DNA of 64,000 bases from NCBI GenBank assembly GCA_963753395.1, contig CAVWBW010000013.1, forward strand, positions 584,686-648,685, read 5' to 3'. Numbering within the stretch: position 1 is the stretch's first letter; every line of letters begins with the position of its first letter. The DNA comes from an uncultured delta proteobacterium. GTDB taxonomy: Bacteria > Myxococcota_A > Polyangia > Polyangiales > Houyiibacteriaceae. The position numbers and the translations under genes were made by a program. The notes under the pieces are model-generated. The model was not told the origin of the DNA. It ran no database searches and saw only the letters and a program-made list of their open reading frames with translations. Below, one piece after another: positions 45,586 to 58,871 of the stretch.

Positions 45586-46173
45586 TTACGATGCGCTGGC
45601 CTCAGTCGGCCCCTCGGCAGGCGCCTCGGCCGGCCGCTCCGACTTGGGACCATGCTCGAACTGTTGAACCTCGCCCTTGCGACGGCCGCGGCGACGCGCG
45701 ACCTCTGCCGGTGACTCGAGGCCTTTGAGCGCCGCAACGGTGGCGTTCACCACGTTGTGGGGGTTCGTCGTGCCTAGGATCTTCGCCAGGACGTCCTTCA
45801 CACCGGCGGCCTCGAGGACCGGGCGCATCGCGCCACCGGCGATGACGCCGGTTCCTTCGGAAGCCGGACGCAAGACGATGCGCCCTGCACCCGAGTGACC
45901 GACGACCTTGTGAGGAATGGTACGACCGCTGAGGGGAACCCGGAACAGGTTCCTCTTGGCGGCGTCGTTGCCCTTGCGAATCGACTCGGGGACCTCATTG
46001 GCCTTGCCCATGCCGACACCGACGTGCCCGTTGCCATCTCCGACCACGACGAGCGCGCTGAAGCTGAATCGCCGGCCACCCTTCACGACCTTCGCAACGC
46101 GGTTGATGAAGATCACCCGATCTGTAAGATCGTCGAGCGAATTCGGATCGATGATTTCGTCCTTGTATGCCAT
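45586..46173 (-). CDS. rpsE: 30S ribosomal protein S5 (with a C-terminal extension)
   Basis: [36 protein letters not shown]. It carries about 30 extra C-terminal residues relative to typical S5. Confidence 0.95.
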   Translation of the reverse strand: MAYKDEIIDPNSLDDLTDRVIFINRVAKVVKGGRRFSFSALVVVGDGNGHVGVGMGKANEVPESIRKGNDAAKRNLFRVPLSGRTIPHKVVGHSGAGRIVLRPASEGTGVIAGGAMRPVLEAAGVKDVLAKILGTTNPHNVVNATVAALKGLESPAEVARRRGRRKGEVQQFEHGPKSERPAEAPAEGPTEASAS

Positions 46174-46180
46174 CTCGTCC

Positions 46181-46525
46181 TCAGAACTTCAGACCCGCTT
46201 CGCGGGCCGACTCGGCCAATGCGCGAACGCGTCCGTGGTAACGGTAACCGCCTCGATCGAACACGACTTGCTCGACCCCTTTGTCGATGCAGGCCTTGGC
46301 GACGGCGCTCCCCACCGATTTCGCCGACTCGACCTTGCTCGCGCCAGGCCCAGTGACACTCGATACGTGGGCAATCGTAGTGCCCAGCGAGTCGTCGATG
46401 ACCTGCGCATAGATGTGCTTGGAGCTGCGAAACACCGCGAGACGCGGCCGCGCGGAAGTGCCGTGCACCTTCTTGCGAATCCGAAGCTTGCGCCGAGCGC
46501 GACCTGTGACTTTCTTCTGCATCAT
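46181..46525 (-). CDS. rplR: 50S ribosomal protein L18
   Basis: [35 protein letters not shown]. The upstream part of the long ORF 46181-47164 is out of frame with rplF. Confidence 0.95.
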   Translation of the reverse strand: MMQKKVTGRARRKLRIRKKVHGTSARPRLAVFRSSKHIYAQVIDDSLGTTIAHVSSVTGPGASKVESAKSVGSAVAKACIDKGVEQVVFDRGGYRYHGRVRALAESAREAGLKF

Positions 46526-47115
46526 GCACCAGCCTTTCCGGCCTTGCCTGCCTTCTCGCGAATGCGCTCGCCGGTGTAGCGTACACCCTTGCCGTTGTAG
46601 GGCTCGGGCGGGCGCACTTGGCGAATCCGCGCGGCGATTCGCCCGACAAGCTGCTTGTCGGGCGACTCGAGGTGAACGCGGGGGAACTTGGTACCGGCCT
46701 CGTCGATCGTCTCGACACTCACCGACACCGCCTTGGGAATGTCCAAGACCGGCTGGTGTGAAAGACCGACCGTCATCTTGAGCTGGTCGTTTTTGAACTC
46801 CGCACGATAGCCGACGCCGCGGAAGTCGAGGGACTTCTTGTAGCCGTTCGCCACACCCTCGACCATGTTCCGCACGATTGCGCGCGTCAGGCCCTGGTAC
46901 TGCAAACCAGCCTTGCCACTTCCTTCGGCCGGCCTGACTGTCAGCTGTCCTTCGTTCTGGGCCACGACGACTTCGGGGCGAAGACCATAGGTGAGCTCGC
47001 CCTTTGGGCCCTTGACGATCAGGTTCTGACCGCTGATCGAGACCTGCACACCCTTGGCGATCTCGACCGGCTTCTTGCCGTTCCGGGATTGCTTTCCTGT
47101 TTGCGTTTCGGCCAT
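46522..47115 (-). CDS. rplF: 50S ribosomal protein L6
   Basis: [30 protein letters not shown]. Confidence 0.95.
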   Translation of the reverse strand: MAETQTGKQSRNGKKPVEIAKGVQVSISGQNLIVKGPKGELTYGLRPEVVVAQNEGQLTVRPAEGSGKAGLQYQGLTRAIVRNMVEGVANGYKKSLDFRGVGYRAEFKNDQLKMTVGLSHQPVLDIPKAVSVSVETIDEAGTKFPRVHLESPDKQLVGRIAARIRQVRPPEPYNGKGVRYTGERIREKAGKAGKAGA

Positions 47116-47507
47116 CACCAAACCTCGCACAAGACCTCGCCGCCCACGCGCTTATCGCGCGCATCGCGGTCAGTCATGATGCCGGCGGACGTCGAGAGAA
47201 TCGCAACGCCCATGCCGTTTTGAACACGGGGAATCTCGTGGTGTCCGACGTAGAACCGCCGGCCCGGACGACTCGCCCGACGCATACCCACGAACGCGCT
47301 CTGGCGATCACGGCTGTACTTGAGGAAGATCGTCAGAGTGTTCTGCACCCCGTCGTCCACCCGGTAGTCGTCGATGAAACCCTCTTGTTTGAGAATCTCG
47401 GCAACCTGCACCTTCAGCTTCGAGGAAGGCAGCGCCGTATGCTCGTGGTGAGCCTGAGCGGCGTTTCGGATGCGCGTCAGCATGTCAGCGATTGGATCGG
47501 TCATCAT
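47115..47507 (-). CDS. rpsH: 30S ribosomal protein S8
   Basis: [16 protein letters not shown]. Confidence 0.95.
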   Translation of the reverse strand: MMTDPIADMLTRIRNAAQAHHEHTALPSSKLKVQVAEILKQEGFIDDYRVDDGVQNTLTIFLKYSRDRQSAFVGMRRASRPGRRFYVGHHEIPRVQNGMGVAILSTSAGIMTDRDARDKRVGGEVLCEVW

Positions 47508-47520
47508 GACGGTACCCTCC

Positions 47521-47706
47521 TCACCAGCTCGACTTCGTGAGCCCAGGGATGTCCCCCGATAACCCGTATTTACGCAGACAGATGCGGCACATTTCGAACT
47601 TACGATAGTAGCCGCGCGGACGTCCGCACACCTTGCAGCGATTGCGCTGTCGCACCGAGAACTTCGGCGTCTTTTCCATTTTGGCAAATGCTCGCTTACT
47701 AGCCAT
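47521..47706 (-). CDS. rpsN: 30S ribosomal protein S14 type Z (zinc-binding, 61 aa)
   Basis: [20 protein letters not shown]. Confidence 0.95.
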   Translation of the reverse strand: MASKRAFAKMEKTPKFSVRQRNRCKVCGRPRGYYRKFEMCRICLRKYGLSGDIPGLTKSSW

Positions 47707-47715
47707 CTGCGTCCT

Positions 47716-48267
47716 CTAGTTCCTGAACGGCATGCCAAGTGATTTCAGCAAGGCGCGCCCCTGTTCGTCGGTTTTAGCGGTAGTCACGAACGTGATGTTC
47801 ATGCCCTTGATTTTGTCGATCTTGTCGTAGTTGATCTCCGGGAAGATGATCTGCTCCCGGACGCCGAGCGTGTAGTTGCCGCGACCGTCGAACGCCTTTG
47901 GGCTAATGCCTTTGAAGTCACGCGTACGCGGCAGAGCGACCGAGATCAACCGGTCGAGGAAATCGTACATCTGTACACCACGAAGCGTCACCATGACGCC
48001 AATCGGCATGCCCTCGCGCAGCTTGAAGCTGGCGATCGACTTCTTGGCGCGGGTCACGATAGGCTTGCGGCCAGTGATTGCAGCAAGCTCCTCGGTCGCG
48101 GATTCCACAATCTTGGCGTTCTGTACCGCTTCACCAAGCCCCATGTTGATGACGATGCGTTCGAGCTTCGGCACCTCCATGATGTTCTTGAGACTGAAGT
48201 CCTTCATCAACTGAGGGAGGACCTCGTCTTTGTACTTTTTGATCAGTCGGGGTTCGTAGTTGCTCAT
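47716..48267 (-). CDS. rplE: 50S ribosomal protein L5
   Basis: Start at [12 protein letters not shown]. Contains [27 protein letters not shown]. Confidence 0.95.
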   Translation of the reverse strand: MSNYEPRLIKKYKDEVLPQLMKDFSLKNIMEVPKLERIVINMGLGEAVQNAKIVESATEELAAITGRKPIVTRAKKSIASFKLREGMPIGVMVTLRGVQMYDFLDRLISVALPRTRDFKGISPKAFDGRGNYTLGVREQIIFPEINYDKIDKIKGMNITFVTTAKTDEQGRALLKSLGMPFRN

Positions 48268-48275
48268 GTTGAACC

Positions 48276-48593
48276 TCAATCCAGGACCGAGCCGCTCTTC
48301 ACGGCCACGCGTACGCGCTTTTCAGGGTCCTTCTTGTCGGCCTCGATGCGAACGCGAGTTCGCTCCTCGGTCTTCGGGTCGACGACCATCACGTTCGAGG
48401 CGTGAATCGGCATCTCCTTCTCGACGATGCCTGCTTCCTTGAAACGGCGAGGGCTCTGGTGACGCTTCACCCGATTCACACCCTCCACGAGGACTAGGTC
48501 GGCGCGAACCACCTGCAGGACTCGGCCTTTTTCGCCCTTGTCCTTGCCGGCGATGACCTGCACCAGGTCGCCCTTCTTGATTCGCGCAGCCAT
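48276..48593 (-). CDS. rplX: 50S ribosomal protein L24
   Basis: [22 protein letters not shown]. Confidence 0.95.
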   Translation of the reverse strand: MAARIKKGDLVQVIAGKDKGEKGRVLQVVRADLVLVEGVNRVKRHQSPRRFKEAGIVEKEMPIHASNVMVVDPKTEERTRVRIEADKKDPEKRVRVAVKSGSVLD

Positions 48594-48961
48594 CACACCA
48601 CCTCCGGCGCAAGGGAAACGATCTTCATGAAGCGCTTCGCACGAAGCTCGCGTGCCACCGGTCCAAAGATACGAGTCCCGATGGGCTCGTTGTCCTTGGT
48701 GATGAGCACGGCGCTGTTGGTGTCGAACTTGATGTAGGTGCCGTCAGGCCGTTGGTACTCGCGCTTGGTGCGAACCACGACGGCCCGGGCCACCTCACCC
48801 TTCTTGACGCGGGCGGTGGGCAAGGCCTCCTTCACGGAGACGACGATCACATCGCCAAGGCCAGCGTACCGGCGACGCGAACCACCAAGCACCTTGATGC
48901 AGGACACTCGTTTCGCGCCGCTGTTGTCGGCGACATCCAGCTGTGTTTCGGTCTGGATCAT
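48593..48961 (-). CDS. rplN: 50S ribosomal protein L14
   Basis: [28 protein letters not shown]. Confidence 0.97.
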   Translation of the reverse strand: MIQTETQLDVADNSGAKRVSCIKVLGGSRRRYAGLGDVIVVSVKEALPTARVKKGEVARAVVVRTKREYQRPDGTYIKFDTNSAVLITKDNEPIGTRIFGPVARELRAKRFMKIVSLAPEVV

Positions 48962-48963
48962 CG

Positions 48964-49281
48964 TTATACCTCCGGCGGCCTTTCGATCAGGCGCACTACC
49001 TCCCAGCGCTTCGTCTTACTGCGCGGGCGGCATGCACGGATCTCGACCACGTCGTTCGTGCGATACTCGTTGGCCTCGTCGTGCGCGTGGAACTTCTTCT
49101 TGCGCTTGACGTACTTGCCGTAGAAGGGATCGCGCGCGCGGCGAATGACCTCCACCACGACGGTCTGTTGGACTCGGCCGTCCGTCCTCGTTTCGTTGAC
49201 GACGCGTCCGACCAAGCGGCGGCGGCGGCCGCGGTCTTTTTCCGCTTTCGGAGTCGGTTGTCCTGGCTCTGCAGCACTCAT
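48964..49281 (-). CDS. rpsQ: 30S ribosomal protein S17 (with an N-terminal extension)
   Basis: LVGRVV...KTVVVEV......[25 protein letters not shown]...RP.SK.K.W. Confidence 0.9.
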   Translation of the reverse strand: MSAAEPGQPTPKAEKDRGRRRRLVGRVVNETRTDGRVQQTVVVEVIRRARDPFYGKYVKRKKKFHAHDEANEYRTNDVVEIRACRPRSKTKRWEVVRLIERPPEV

Positions 49282-49287
49282 GGCCGA

Positions 49288-49494
49288 TTACTCCTTGTTC
49301 GCCGCTTCCGTGCGGCGCTGGGTGAGAATGGTTTTCACGCGGGCAAGATCCCGGCGAAGCTTTTGAATCGAGCTCGTGTCATCGAGCTGGTTCGTGTGGT
49401 TGTCGAAGCGCGCTTTCCAAAGCTGGCGGCGGAGGTCTCCCTCGATGACCGAAAGCTCTTCGAGCGTGTTTGCACGGATGTCTTCGGGCTTCAT
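49288..49494 (-). CDS. rpmC: 50S ribosomal protein L29
   Basis: 68 aa. Contains [20 protein letters not shown], at the canonical position. Confidence 0.9.
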   Translation of the reverse strand: MKPEDIRANTLEELSVIEGDLRRQLWKARFDNHTNQLDDTSSIQKLRRDLARVKTILTQRRTEAANKE

Positions 49495-49907
49495 AGCTCA
49501 GTCTCCCTGCTGCGAAACGCGACCTTGAGGGGGAGCTTGTGCGCGGCGAGCTGAAACGCTTCGCGCGCGATGTCTTCGGGGACGCCCTGGATTTCGTAGA
49601 GCATGCGGCCAGGCTTGATCACCGCGACCCAGCCCTCGACGCTGCCCTTGCCCTTGCCCATACGAGTTTCGAGCGGCTTTTTGGTGATCGGCTTGTCCGG
49701 GAAGATGCGAATGAAGAGCTGCCCCTGACGCTTCACCTTGCGCTGAATCGTCATACGGGCTGCTTCGATCTGCCTCTGGCTGATTCGCCCAGGCTCGAGC
49801 GCCTGAAGGCCGAAGTCGCCGAACGAGACCTCGGAACCTCGGTAGGCTTTGCCGCGCATGCGGCCCTTCATCATCTTGCGGAACTTGGTTTTCTTTGGTT
49901 GAAGCAT
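49491..49907 (-). CDS. rplP: 50S ribosomal protein L16
   Basis: [19 protein letters not shown]. Confidence 0.97.
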   Translation of the reverse strand: MLQPKKTKFRKMMKGRMRGKAYRGSEVSFGDFGLQALEPGRISQRQIEAARMTIQRKVKRQGQLFIRIFPDKPITKKPLETRMGKGKGSVEGWVAVIKPGRMLYEIQGVPEDIAREAFQLAAHKLPLKVAFRSRETEL

Positions 49908-49916
49908 GGCTCGTCC

Positions 49917-50579
49917 TTAGCCCCGGGCTCCTACCGCCCCTGCGCCTGGACGCTGAGGAAGTTGCTCACCCTTGAAGATCCAGCACTTGATGCCGACGGT
50001 GCCGGCCTTCGTGTGTGCAGTGACCTCTCCGTAGTCGATGTCGGCGCGGAGCGTGTGAAGCGGCACACGACCCTCGCGGTACCACTCGGTCCTCGCGATT
50101 TCCGCACCGCCGAGACGACCGCCAGCCGTAACTCGAATGCCCTTCACACCGAACTTCATGGCGGTCTGCACGGCCTTCTTCATGGCTCGGCGGAACGCGA
50201 CACGGCGCTCGAGCTGCGTGGCGATGTTCTCCGCCACGAGCTGCGCGTTCGTTTCGGCCTTGCGGACTTCCTGAATGTCGAGAAAGAGCTCGTTCTGGGT
50301 GAGCTTCTGGAGATCACCTTTGAGCTGCTCGACGCCAGCGCCGCGCTTGCCGATGATGATGCCCGGACGCGAGGTGAAGATGACCACCTTGGCCTTGTTG
50401 GCCGCGCGCTCGATCTCGATGTCGGCGATGCCCGCGTGCGCGAACTTCTTTCGGATCGCGCTCTTGAGCTTGAGATCCTCATGAAGCCACTTGGCGTAGT
50501 TCTTGTCCTCGTACCACTTGGACTTCCACGTCTTCACGACGCCGAGACGGAAACCATAGGGATGTACTTTTTGACCCAC
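49917..50579 (-). CDS. rpsC: 30S ribosomal protein S3
   Basis: [14 protein letters not shown], with a GTG start. Confidence 0.97.
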   Translation of the reverse strand: MGQKVHPYGFRLGVVKTWKSKWYEDKNYAKWLHEDLKLKSAIRKKFAHAGIADIEIERAANKAKVVIFTSRPGIIIGKRGAGVEQLKGDLQKLTQNELFLDIQEVRKAETNAQLVAENIATQLERRVAFRRAMKKAVQTAMKFGVKGIRVTAGGRLGGAEIARTEWYREGRVPLHTLRADIDYGEVTAHTKAGTVGIKCWIFKGEQLPQRPGAGAVGARG

Positions 50580-50581
50580 GA

Positions 50582-50932
50582 CTAGCTCTCTTCCCCGTCG
50601 CTCACGACGACGGTGATGTGACTCATTCCCTTGACGATGCGCGTGGCGCGGCCCTGCGCGCGCGGGCGCCAGCGCCGCATGTGCTGGTTCGGTGCCATGT
50701 CCGCGAAAGCGATCTTCACGTACAGGTCATCGAGATTGAGCTCTTCGTTCTTCTGCTTGGCGTTCGCGATGGCACTCCCGATGCACTTCGCGACGATCGG
50801 AGCTGCCGACTTGGTCGTGAAACGAAGCTCGTTGAGCGCCGCTGCCACGTTCTTGCCGCGAACCATGTTGAGGACGACCCGCGCCTTACGAGGCGAAATC
50901 CGCTGAAAACGCGCTTTTGCAATCGCTTCCAT
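50582..50932 (-). CDS. rplV: 50S ribosomal protein L22
   Basis: [20 protein letters not shown]. An alternative GTG start lies at 50938. Confidence 0.93.
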   Translation of the reverse strand: MEAIAKARFQRISPRKARVVLNMVRGKNVAAALNELRFTTKSAAPIVAKCIGSAIANAKQKNEELNLDDLYVKIAFADMAPNQHMRRWRPRAQGRATRIVKGMSHITVVVSDGEES

Positions 50933-50934
50933 GA

Positions 50935-51237
50935 TCACCTCTTACCTGTTGCGGGGTTGATCTTACGGCCGCCCTTCCGGTCCGACGCGTGGCCGCCGAA
51001 CGTCCGGGTGGGCGCGAACTCGCCGAGCTTGTGACCGACCATGTTCTCGGTGACGAAGACGGTGACGAACTTCCGGCCGTTGTGAACCGCGAAGGTGTGC
51101 CCGACGAAATCGGGCGTCACGGTCGAACGGCGGGACCAAGTGCGGATCATCTTCCTGTCGCCCGACTTGTTCGCAGACTCGACCTTCTTTTCGAGATGGC
51201 CGTCGATGAACGGACCCTTTTTTACTGAACGCGCCAT
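50935..51237 (-). CDS. rpsS: 30S ribosomal protein S19
   Basis: [19 protein letters not shown]...[29 protein letters not shown]. Confidence 0.95.
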   Translation of the reverse strand: MARSVKKGPFIDGHLEKKVESANKSGDRKMIRTWSRRSTVTPDFVGHTFAVHNGRKFVTVFVTENMVGHKLGEFAPTRTFGGHASDRKGGRKINPATGKR

Positions 51238-52064
51238 TACTTCTTCTTCCGCCGGCGAACGATGTACTTGTCCGTCGCCTTGTTCTTTCGTGTCTTGAGA
51301 CCCTTGGCGAGCTGGCCCCACGGCGAGCAGGGATGACGCCCGCCGGCGGTGCGACCCTCACCACCACCCATGGGGTGGTCGACCGGGTTCATGGTGGTGC
51401 CGCGATTGTGCGGGCGCTTGCCCAGCCAGCGATTGCGGCCCGCCTTGCCGAGGGTCACTCGCGCGTGCTGCGAGTTGCTCACCTGGCCAACCGAAGCGCG
51501 GCAGTTGAGATGCACCATCCGAACTTCGCCGGAGGGAAGGCGAATCTGAGCGTAGTTGCCATCCTTGGCCATGAGCTGGGCGGCGGTGCCGGCCGAGCGC
51601 ACGAGCTGTGCACCCTTGCCGATCTTGAGCTCGATGTTGTGAATCATCGTCCCAAGAGGCATGTCACGTAGGCGCATCGAGTTGCCAGGCTTCACGTCGG
51701 CGTTCTTGGACGAAAGCACTTGAGATCCCACCTCGAGGCCGTCCGGCGCCAAAATGTAGGCCTTTTCGCCGTCCGCGTAGTGCAGAAGCGCGATGCGAGC
51801 CGACCGATTCGGATCGTACTCGATCGCCTTCACAGTGGCCGGAACGCCGACCTTGTTCCGCTTGAAGTCGATCTTGCGGTAGCGCTGCTTGTGGCCGCCC
51901 CCGCGGAAGCGCGACGTGATGCGCCCCTGGTTGTTGCGGCCGGCCGTCTGCTTCTTCGCGTCGAGCAGCTTCTTTTCCGGCTTCCCACGCGTGATCATCG
52001 CGAAGTCCGGCGCTTCGTAGAAGCGGCGAGACGGAGACGTTGGTTTGAACTTACGGATAGCCAT
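51237..52064 (-). CDS. rplB: 50S ribosomal protein L2
   Basis: [14 protein letters not shown]...[13 protein letters not shown]. Confidence 0.97.
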   Translation of the reverse strand: MAIRKFKPTSPSRRFYEAPDFAMITRGKPEKKLLDAKKQTAGRNNQGRITSRFRGGGHKQRYRKIDFKRNKVGVPATVKAIEYDPNRSARIALLHYADGEKAYILAPDGLEVGSQVLSSKNADVKPGNSMRLRDMPLGTMIHNIELKIGKGAQLVRSAGTAAQLMAKDGNYAQIRLPSGEVRMVHLNCRASVGQVSNSQHARVTLGKAGRNRWLGKRPHNRGTTMNPVDHPMGGGEGRTAGGRHPCSPWGQLAKGLKTRKNKATDKYIVRRRKKK

Positions 52065-52066
52065 GA

Positions 52067-52357
52067 TCAGACACCCTCGAAGAAGTCGATCGAATCGCCC
52101 TCACGGACAGTGACGATCGCCTTTTTCCAGTTGCGGGTTTTGGCATATGTGCGGCCCATGCGGCGCATGTGACCTCGCACTACCAGTGTGTTGACCTCGT
52201 CGACGGTGACCTTGAACAAGGTCTCGACGGCGTCCTTGATTTGGAGCTTGTTCGCCTCGAGGCTGACCTCGAATACGTACTTATTCTGCTCTTCGCGGAG
52301 CTTGGAGCCCTTCTCCGTGAGGTAGAGAGGCCGCTTGATTACGTCTTCGACGTTCAT
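52067..52357 (-). CDS. rplW: 50S ribosomal protein L23
   Basis: [22 protein letters not shown]...ANK..IK.AVE.LF.V.V. An alternative GTG start lies at 52366. Confidence 0.9.
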   Translation of the reverse strand: MNVEDVIKRPLYLTEKGSKLREEQNKYVFEVSLEANKLQIKDAVETLFKVTVDEVNTLVVRGHMRRMGRTYAKTRNWKKAIVTVREGDSIDFFEGV

Positions 52358-52980
52358 CACTGGCACCTCGCTTCCAACGCTTCGACTGCACCCTTGGTCA
52401 GCACCACGTGCTCGTGCCGGAGCAGGTCGTAGAGGTTCACACCCTCAGGCGGCAGAACCGAGTGATTCTGCAGATTGCGCGCGCTCATGCGCAGCTTGTC
52501 GTTGTCTTTGCCGTCGACGATCAGCGCGCTGTTGTCGATTTCGAGCTTGCCGAGGACCTCGACCAGCTTCTTGGTCTTGATCTCCGCGAGCTCGAAGTCC
52601 TCCACGATGCGAAGCTGGCCCTCGCGAAGCTTGAGGCTCAACGCGCCTTTGAGCGCGCCGAGCCGCATCTTACGCGGCGGCCGGTAGCCGAAATCACGGG
52701 GTTTCGGGCCATGCACCGTGCCGCCACCGACGAAAATCGGAGCGCGACGCGAGCCATGACGAGCATTTCCCGTGCCCTTCTGCTTGTACATCTTGCGCTT
52801 GGTCGCGGTGACCTCCGCCCGTGTCTGGGCCGAGGCAGCACCCTTGCGCTTGCTGGCGAGCTGCGCCTTGAGAACGTCATAGAGGACACTCTCGTTCACG
52901 GTCGCATCGAAGACTGCGTCAGAGAGATCCATCTCTCCGACACCCTTCCCGCTCAAGTTGTAGACCTTTACCTTGGGCAT
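52357..52980 (-). CDS. rplD: 50S ribosomal protein L4
   Basis: [35 protein letters not shown]. Confidence 0.95.
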   Translation of the reverse strand: MPKVKVYNLSGKGVGEMDLSDAVFDATVNESVLYDVLKAQLASKRKGAASAQTRAEVTATKRKMYKQKGTGNARHGSRRAPIFVGGGTVHGPKPRDFGYRPPRKMRLGALKGALSLKLREGQLRIVEDFELAEIKTKKLVEVLGKLEIDNSALIVDGKDNDKLRMSARNLQNHSVLPPEGVNLYDLLRHEHVVLTKGAVEALEARCQ

Positions 52981-52992
52981 GAAGTTACCGCC

Positions 52993-53301
<309 letters not shown>

Positions 53302-53305
53302 TTGA

Positions 53306-54496
<1,191 letters not shown>

Positions 54497-54506
54497 CGTT
54501 AGCTCC

Positions 54507-56621
54507 TCATCCGCCTTTCGCCTTGGCGACGATTTCTTCAGCAATGCTTGTAGGCACCGCCTGATACTCCTTGAACTGCATCGTGTACACCGCACGCCCC
54601 TGGGTCTTGGAGCGCAGGTCGTTGACGTAGCCAAACATGTTCGCGAGGGGCACAAGTGCACGAATCACTTGGAGACCACTCACAGAATCCATTCCTCCCA
54701 CGTGGCCGCGGCGGGCATTGAGATCACCGATGACCTCACCCATGTAGTCCTCGGGGACTCGGACCTCGACGTCCATCACGGGCTCGAGCATCTGAACTCC
54801 GGCTCGTTTCGCGCCCTCCTGGAACGCAAGAGAGCCCGCCACCTCGAATGCTGCCTGGCTGGAGTCGACGTCGTGGTAAGAGCCGTCGAAGAGGGTCGCC
54901 TTCACGTCGATGACCGGGTAGCCCGCCATCACGCCCCGACTCATCGCGTCCCGAACGCCCTTTTCGACCGACGGGATGAATTCCCTCGGCACCACACCGC
55001 CGACGATCTTGTTCTCGAACTCGTAGCCGCTCCCCGGCTCGAGCGGCTCGAGCTTGACCCAAACGTGGCCGAACATTCCGCGGCCGCCACTCTGCTTGAC
55101 GTACTTGCCCTCGGACTCGACTTCCTTGGTAATCGTCTCGCGATAGGCGACCTGGGGCGCGCCCACGTTGGAGTCGACTTTGAACTCGCGCTTGAGGCGG
55201 TCGACGATGATCTCGAGGTGAAGCTCGCCCATGCCGCTGATGATCGTCTGGCCGGACTCCTCGTCGGTGTGCGCGCGGAAGCTGGGATCCTCGGCGGCGA
55301 GCTTGCCAAGGCCAACGCCAAGCTTGTCTTGGTCGGCCTTCGTCCTTGGCTCGATCGCTACCGAAATGACTGGATCGGGGAAGTCCATGCGCTCGAGGAT
55401 GACGGGCGCCTTTTCATCGCAGAGAGTGTCGCCCGTCGTGGCGGTCTTGAGACCGACGGCCGCCGCGATGTTGCCCGCGCGGATCTCCTTGAGCTCCTCA
55501 CGGTTGTTGGCATGCATCTGAAGGATGCGGCCAATGCGCTCCTTCTTGCCCTTGGTCGAGTTGAGTACGCCGGAACCCGCTTCGAGCACGCCCGAGTAGA
55601 CGCGGAAGAAGGTGAGCTGACCGACGAACGGGTCGTTGATGATCTTGAACGCAAGCGCGCTGAAGGGTTCGTCATCGGCGGCCCTGCGCTCGAGCACCTT
55701 CTCCGGGTCGTCGGGATCGACACCCTGAATGGCTGCGACTTCGATCGGCGAGGGCAGGAAGTTCACGACCGCGTCGAGCAGCTGCTGGACGCCCTTGTTC
55801 TTGAATGCCGAGCCGGTGAGCACGGGAACGATGGTTTGCTCGAGGCAGCCCTTGCGGACCCCGGCGAGGATCTCCTCGGGGGTGAAGTCGGTGTCGCCCT
55901 CGAGATACCGCTCCATCAAAGCGTCGTCGACTTCGGAGACAGCCTCGAGAAGTGTCGCGCGTGCGGCTTCGGCTTCCTCGAGGAATTCTGCGGGAATCTC
56001 CTCGACTGACCACTCGGCGCCGAGGTTGTCGTCCGTGAAGCGGTTCGCCTTCATGTTGACCAAGTCGATGATGCCTTCGAGCTCGGCTTCTTGTCCGAGA
56101 GGCAGTTGCAACGCGACCGCTGGAGCCCCGAGGCGGTCCTCGATCGATCGGAAAGCCGCAGCGAAGTCGGCCCCGGCCTTGTCCATCTTGTTGATGAAAC
56201 AGATGCGTGGAACGCCGTAACGGTCGGCCTGACGCCACACGGTTTCGGACTGCGGCTCGACGCCCTCCTTGCCGTCGAACACCGCCACGGCGCCGTCGAG
56301 AACACGGAGCGATCGCTCGACCTCGATCGTGAAGTCGACGTGACCCGGTGTGTCTATGATGTTGATTCGAAACTGCTCACCGGTGTAGAGCCCGGCCTGC
56401 GGGCGCCAGAAACAAGTCGTCGCGGCGGACGTGATCGTGATGCCGCGTTCCTGCTCCTGCTCCATGTAGTCCATGGTCGCTGCGCCGTCGTGCACCTCGC
56501 CGATCTTGTAGTTGACGCCGGTGTAGTAGAGGATGCGCTCGGTGGTCGTCGTCTTGCCGGCATCGATGTGGGCCATGATGCCGATGTTGCGCGTCCTATC
56601 GAGTGGGTACTTTCTAGCCAT
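54507..56621 (-). CDS. fusA: Elongation factor G (canonical str-operon copy)
   Basis: Start at [35 protein letters not shown] (ATG 56621). The 37-codon in-frame upstream extension is judged non-coding. Confidence 0.97.
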   Translation of the reverse strand: MARKYPLDRTRNIGIMAHIDAGKTTTTERILYYTGVNYKIGEVHDGAATMDYMEQEQERGITITSAATTCFWRPQAGLYTGEQFRINIIDTPGHVDFTIEVERSLRVLDGAVAVFDGKEGVEPQSETVWRQADRYGVPRICFINKMDKAGADFAAAFRSIEDRLGAPAVALQLPLGQEAELEGIIDLVNMKANRFTDDNLGAEWSVEEIPAEFLEEAEAARATLLEAVSEVDDALMERYLEGDTDFTPEEILAGVRKGCLEQTIVPVLTGSAFKNKGVQQLLDAVVNFLPSPIEVAAIQGVDPDDPEKVLERRAADDEPFSALAFKIINDPFVGQLTFFRVYSGVLEAGSGVLNSTKGKKERIGRILQMHANNREELKEIRAGNIAAAVGLKTATTGDTLCDEKAPVILERMDFPDPVISVAIEPRTKADQDKLGVGLGKLAAEDPSFRAHTDEESGQTIISGMGELHLEIIVDRLKREFKVDSNVGAPQVAYRETITKEVESEGKYVKQSGGRGMFGHVWVKLEPLEPGSGYEFENKIVGGVVPREFIPSVEKGVRDAMSRGVMAGYPVIDVKATLFDGSYHDVDSSQAAFEVAGSLAFQEGAKRAGVQMLEPVMDVEVRVPEDYMGEVIGDLNARRGHVGGMDSVSGLQVIRALVPLANMFGYVNDLRSKTQGRAVYTMQFKEYQAVPTSIAEEIVAKAKGG

Positions 56622-56664
56622 GGGATGATCTGAGCTTTTCTCATTTGACTCGGGCGCTTCACGT

Positions 56665-56719
56665 ACAAAACCCCCTCCGACCCAGAAGCCACCCTCGGGC
56701 TTCCTCAACTCAGAGAGGG
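56665..56719 (-). promoter_or_regulatory. Terminator/attenuator-like hairpin in the rpsG-fusA spacer
   Basis: The minus strand reads CCCTC-tctgagttgag-GAAGCC-cgagggt-GGCTTC-tgggtcg-GAGGG-GGTTTTGT. It has a nested stem with a 4-U tract and ends about 45 nt upstream of the fusA ATG. Confidence 0.4.
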
Positions 56720-56856
56720 TTTCGAGAGGCACATCGGTTGCGACTGGTGTGTCGCGGTCTTCCCGGTGACTCTCTTTATGTGCGCGGTGTCATGAGTTCA
56801 GCTACTGCTCCTTGTCCGAGTGGTTTCCGTGGACCTTCCCAGACGCTAGAAAATAC

Positions 56857-57327
56857 TTACCAGCGGTAGTGTGCGAACGCCTTGTTCGCATCCGCCATTT
56901 TGTGGGTGTCTTCCCGCTTCTTGACCGCGTTTCCGCGACCCTGCGAGGCCTCCATGAGCTCGGCCGCGAGCCGCTCTTCCATCGACTTCTCACCGCGCGC
57001 ACGCGAGTACTGAACCAGCCATCGCATTGCGAGCGCGTTGCGGCGGTCCGAGCGAACCTCGACGGGCACCTGATAGGTTGCACCACCAACACGGCGGCTC
57101 TTGACCTCGACGCGGGGCTTCACCGCATCGAGCGCTTTCTTGAAGATGTCGAGCGGTTCATCCTTGTAGCGCTCTTCGATGATGTCGAAGGCGCCGTAGA
57201 GGCACTTCTCAGCCGTCGAGCGCTTGCCCGCCAGCATCAAGGAGTTGACGAACTTGGCGACCAGCCGATCGCCATACTTGGCGTCCGGGATGATCTCTCG
57301 CTTAGGTGCGCTGAATCGACGACTCAT
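56857..57327 (-). CDS. rpsG: 30S ribosomal protein S7
   Basis: [35 protein letters not shown]. Confidence 0.97.
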   Translation of the reverse strand: MSRRFSAPKREIIPDAKYGDRLVAKFVNSLMLAGKRSTAEKCLYGAFDIIEERYKDEPLDIFKKALDAVKPRVEVKSRRVGGATYQVPVEVRSDRRNALAMRWLVQYSRARGEKSMEERLAAELMEASQGRGNAVKKREDTHKMADANKAFAHYRW

Positions 57328-57334
57328 GGCTGTA

Positions 57335-57733
57335 CTAGTTCTTCGGGCGCTTCACGCCGTACTTGGACCGCTTGTTGACGCGGTTCGCTTTGTTGGTGTT
57401 GGAAGGCCCGGCGGCTCCGGTTGCGTCGAGCGTGCCGCGCACGACGTGATAGCGGACGCCGGGAAGATCCTTCACACGACCGCCGCGAATGAGCACGACC
57501 GAGTGCTCCTGCAGGTTATGCCCCTCGCCGGGGATGTACGTGGTCGCCTCGATACCATTGCTGAGACGCACACGAGCGACCTTGCGAAGGGCCGAGTTCG
57601 GCTTCTTCGGGGTGGTCGTGTACACGCGAACGCACACACCGCGCTTCTGCGGGCATCGCTGGAGCGCCGGCGAGTCCGTTTTGGATTTGATCTGTTTGCG
57701 TCCTTTGCGGACGAGCTGGTTGATCGTTGGCAT
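57335..57733 (-). CDS. rpsL: 30S ribosomal protein S12
   Basis: Start at [13 protein letters not shown]. Contains [17 protein letters not shown] and a short insertion near the C-terminus ([16 protein letters not shown]). Confidence 0.97.
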   Translation of the reverse strand: MPTINQLVRKGRKQIKSKTDSPALQRCPQKRGVCVRVYTTTPKKPNSALRKVARVRLSNGIEATTYIPGEGHNLQEHSVVLIRGGRVKDLPGVRYHVVRGTLDATGAAGPSNTNKANRVNKRSKYGVKRPKN

Positions 57734-57798
57734 AACTATCCGAAAAAGCGTGCAATTCCTCGTACGCGCGCAACTTCCCCACGCGTTGAAGGGAGCGA

Positions 57799-57826
57799 AG
57801 GATAGGCGCGAAAGCCCTGCTGTCAA
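57799..57826 (-). promoter_or_regulatory. Candidate str-operon promoter
   Basis: On the minus strand: TTGACA (57826-57821), a 16-nt spacer gcagggCTTTCGcgcc, then TATCCT (57804-57799). It ends about 65 nt upstream of the rpsL ATG. Confidence 0.4.
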
Positions 57827-57945
57827 GCGAAGTCTGCCGCGAAATACGGCTTGGCTCTAAGAGATCGAAATTGCTGCTTTTTTGTCCGAAGCCGGAGAAG
57901 AAGTGAGCAGTGGGGTGATCAAAGATGATCCCCGGTCCCGAAGCC

Positions 57946-58857
57946 TCAGAAATCGACCCGTATCCTCCCGCCCGTGAGACCGAGCTGGAAGCGGATCTCC
58001 GGACGGCTGCTCCGTGGGTTTTCAAGCTCGACTGGGAGCTCCCGCTTCCGAGTGCTGCGAATTACCGGCTTGAATCGGACTTCGGCCTCGACGACGCCCG
58101 CAATGTAGAAGCTGACCAGGGCCCCGACGCTCACCCAGTTCCCGATCCGCAGAGCCTTCTCGACGCGTCGCGCCCGGTCGAGCTCACTCGGCGCCGGATT
58201 CTCGTCTTGAAGTGAGTTGTGGCCGATGAACGTGGCGATCGACGCGGCCAGGAAGGCGGATTCCGTCACGGCGAACATGATCCCCAGCTTTCGGTTCTCG
58301 TTCTGGAACTGGCCGATCCCCCACGGAAGCGCCGCAATCCAGCGAGAGTTGACCTTCTCGATTGTCTCGACGGCCGCCAGCTCCTCGAGGGCCTGCATTC
58401 GCTGCTGCTGCCCGATCAGCTCCTCGAGCTCTCCCGCGCGCTCTCTTTGTTCGCGCGCCGCATTCTGGGCTTCTTTTTGGGCAAGCTTCGCAGTGACCTC
58501 GGCCTGCACTTCCTGGAACGTCTCGACGACAGCGCCCGGAAAAGCCACCGGATCGATGTCGTAGGCCGGATCCTCCTCCAGCAGGAGCTGGAACTGCTCG
58601 CGCGCGTCATCGTCCCTTCCGAGGAACAGGTACGTCGCGCCGAGGTATTTGCGCGCCTCCAGCCGGACAACCGGGTTCCGGGCGCGAGGGACGACTCCGC
58701 CGACGAGCGATTCGAGGCCCCGCGCCGCTTTCGCGTAGCTCTGCTTGTCGTAGCTCCGACGGGCCGCCTCGAAGTCCGAGAGCTCGTCCGCCGCCGCCGG
58801 CAGCGCAAACGCAGCCATCAAGACGACCACCAGCCCGGTCAACGTGGTGCGCCGCAT
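57946..58857 (-). CDS. Hypothetical secreted/membrane protein (TPR-like N-terminus, coiled-coil, C-terminal TM segments)
   Basis: Signal peptide LVVVLMAAFALPAAA, a coiled-coil EAQNAAREQRERAGELEELIGQQQRMQALEE, and hydrophobic helices FAVTESAFLAASIATFIG and VSVGALVSFYIAGVV. Confidence 0.5.
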   Translation of the reverse strand: MRRTTLTGLVVVLMAAFALPAAADELSDFEAARRSYDKQSYAKAARGLESLVGGVVPRARNPVVRLEARKYLGATYLFLGRDDDAREQFQLLLEEDPAYDIDPVAFPGAVVETFQEVQAEVTAKLAQKEAQNAAREQRERAGELEELIGQQQRMQALEELAAVETIEKVNSRWIAALPWGIGQFQNENRKLGIMFAVTESAFLAASIATFIGHNSLQDENPAPSELDRARRVEKALRIGNWVSVGALVSFYIAGVVEAEVRFKPVIRSTRKRELPVELENPRSSRPEIRFQLGLTGGRIRVDF

Positions 58858-58871
58858 CACTCCGATGGGTT

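Noticed and set aside
56622-56732. An in-frame 37-codon N-terminal extension of fusA, starting at GTG 56732.
   Set aside because: EF-G universally begins near the MA(R/K)...R.RNIGI motif. The extension overlaps the hairpin/U-tract element and has a non-protein-like composition.
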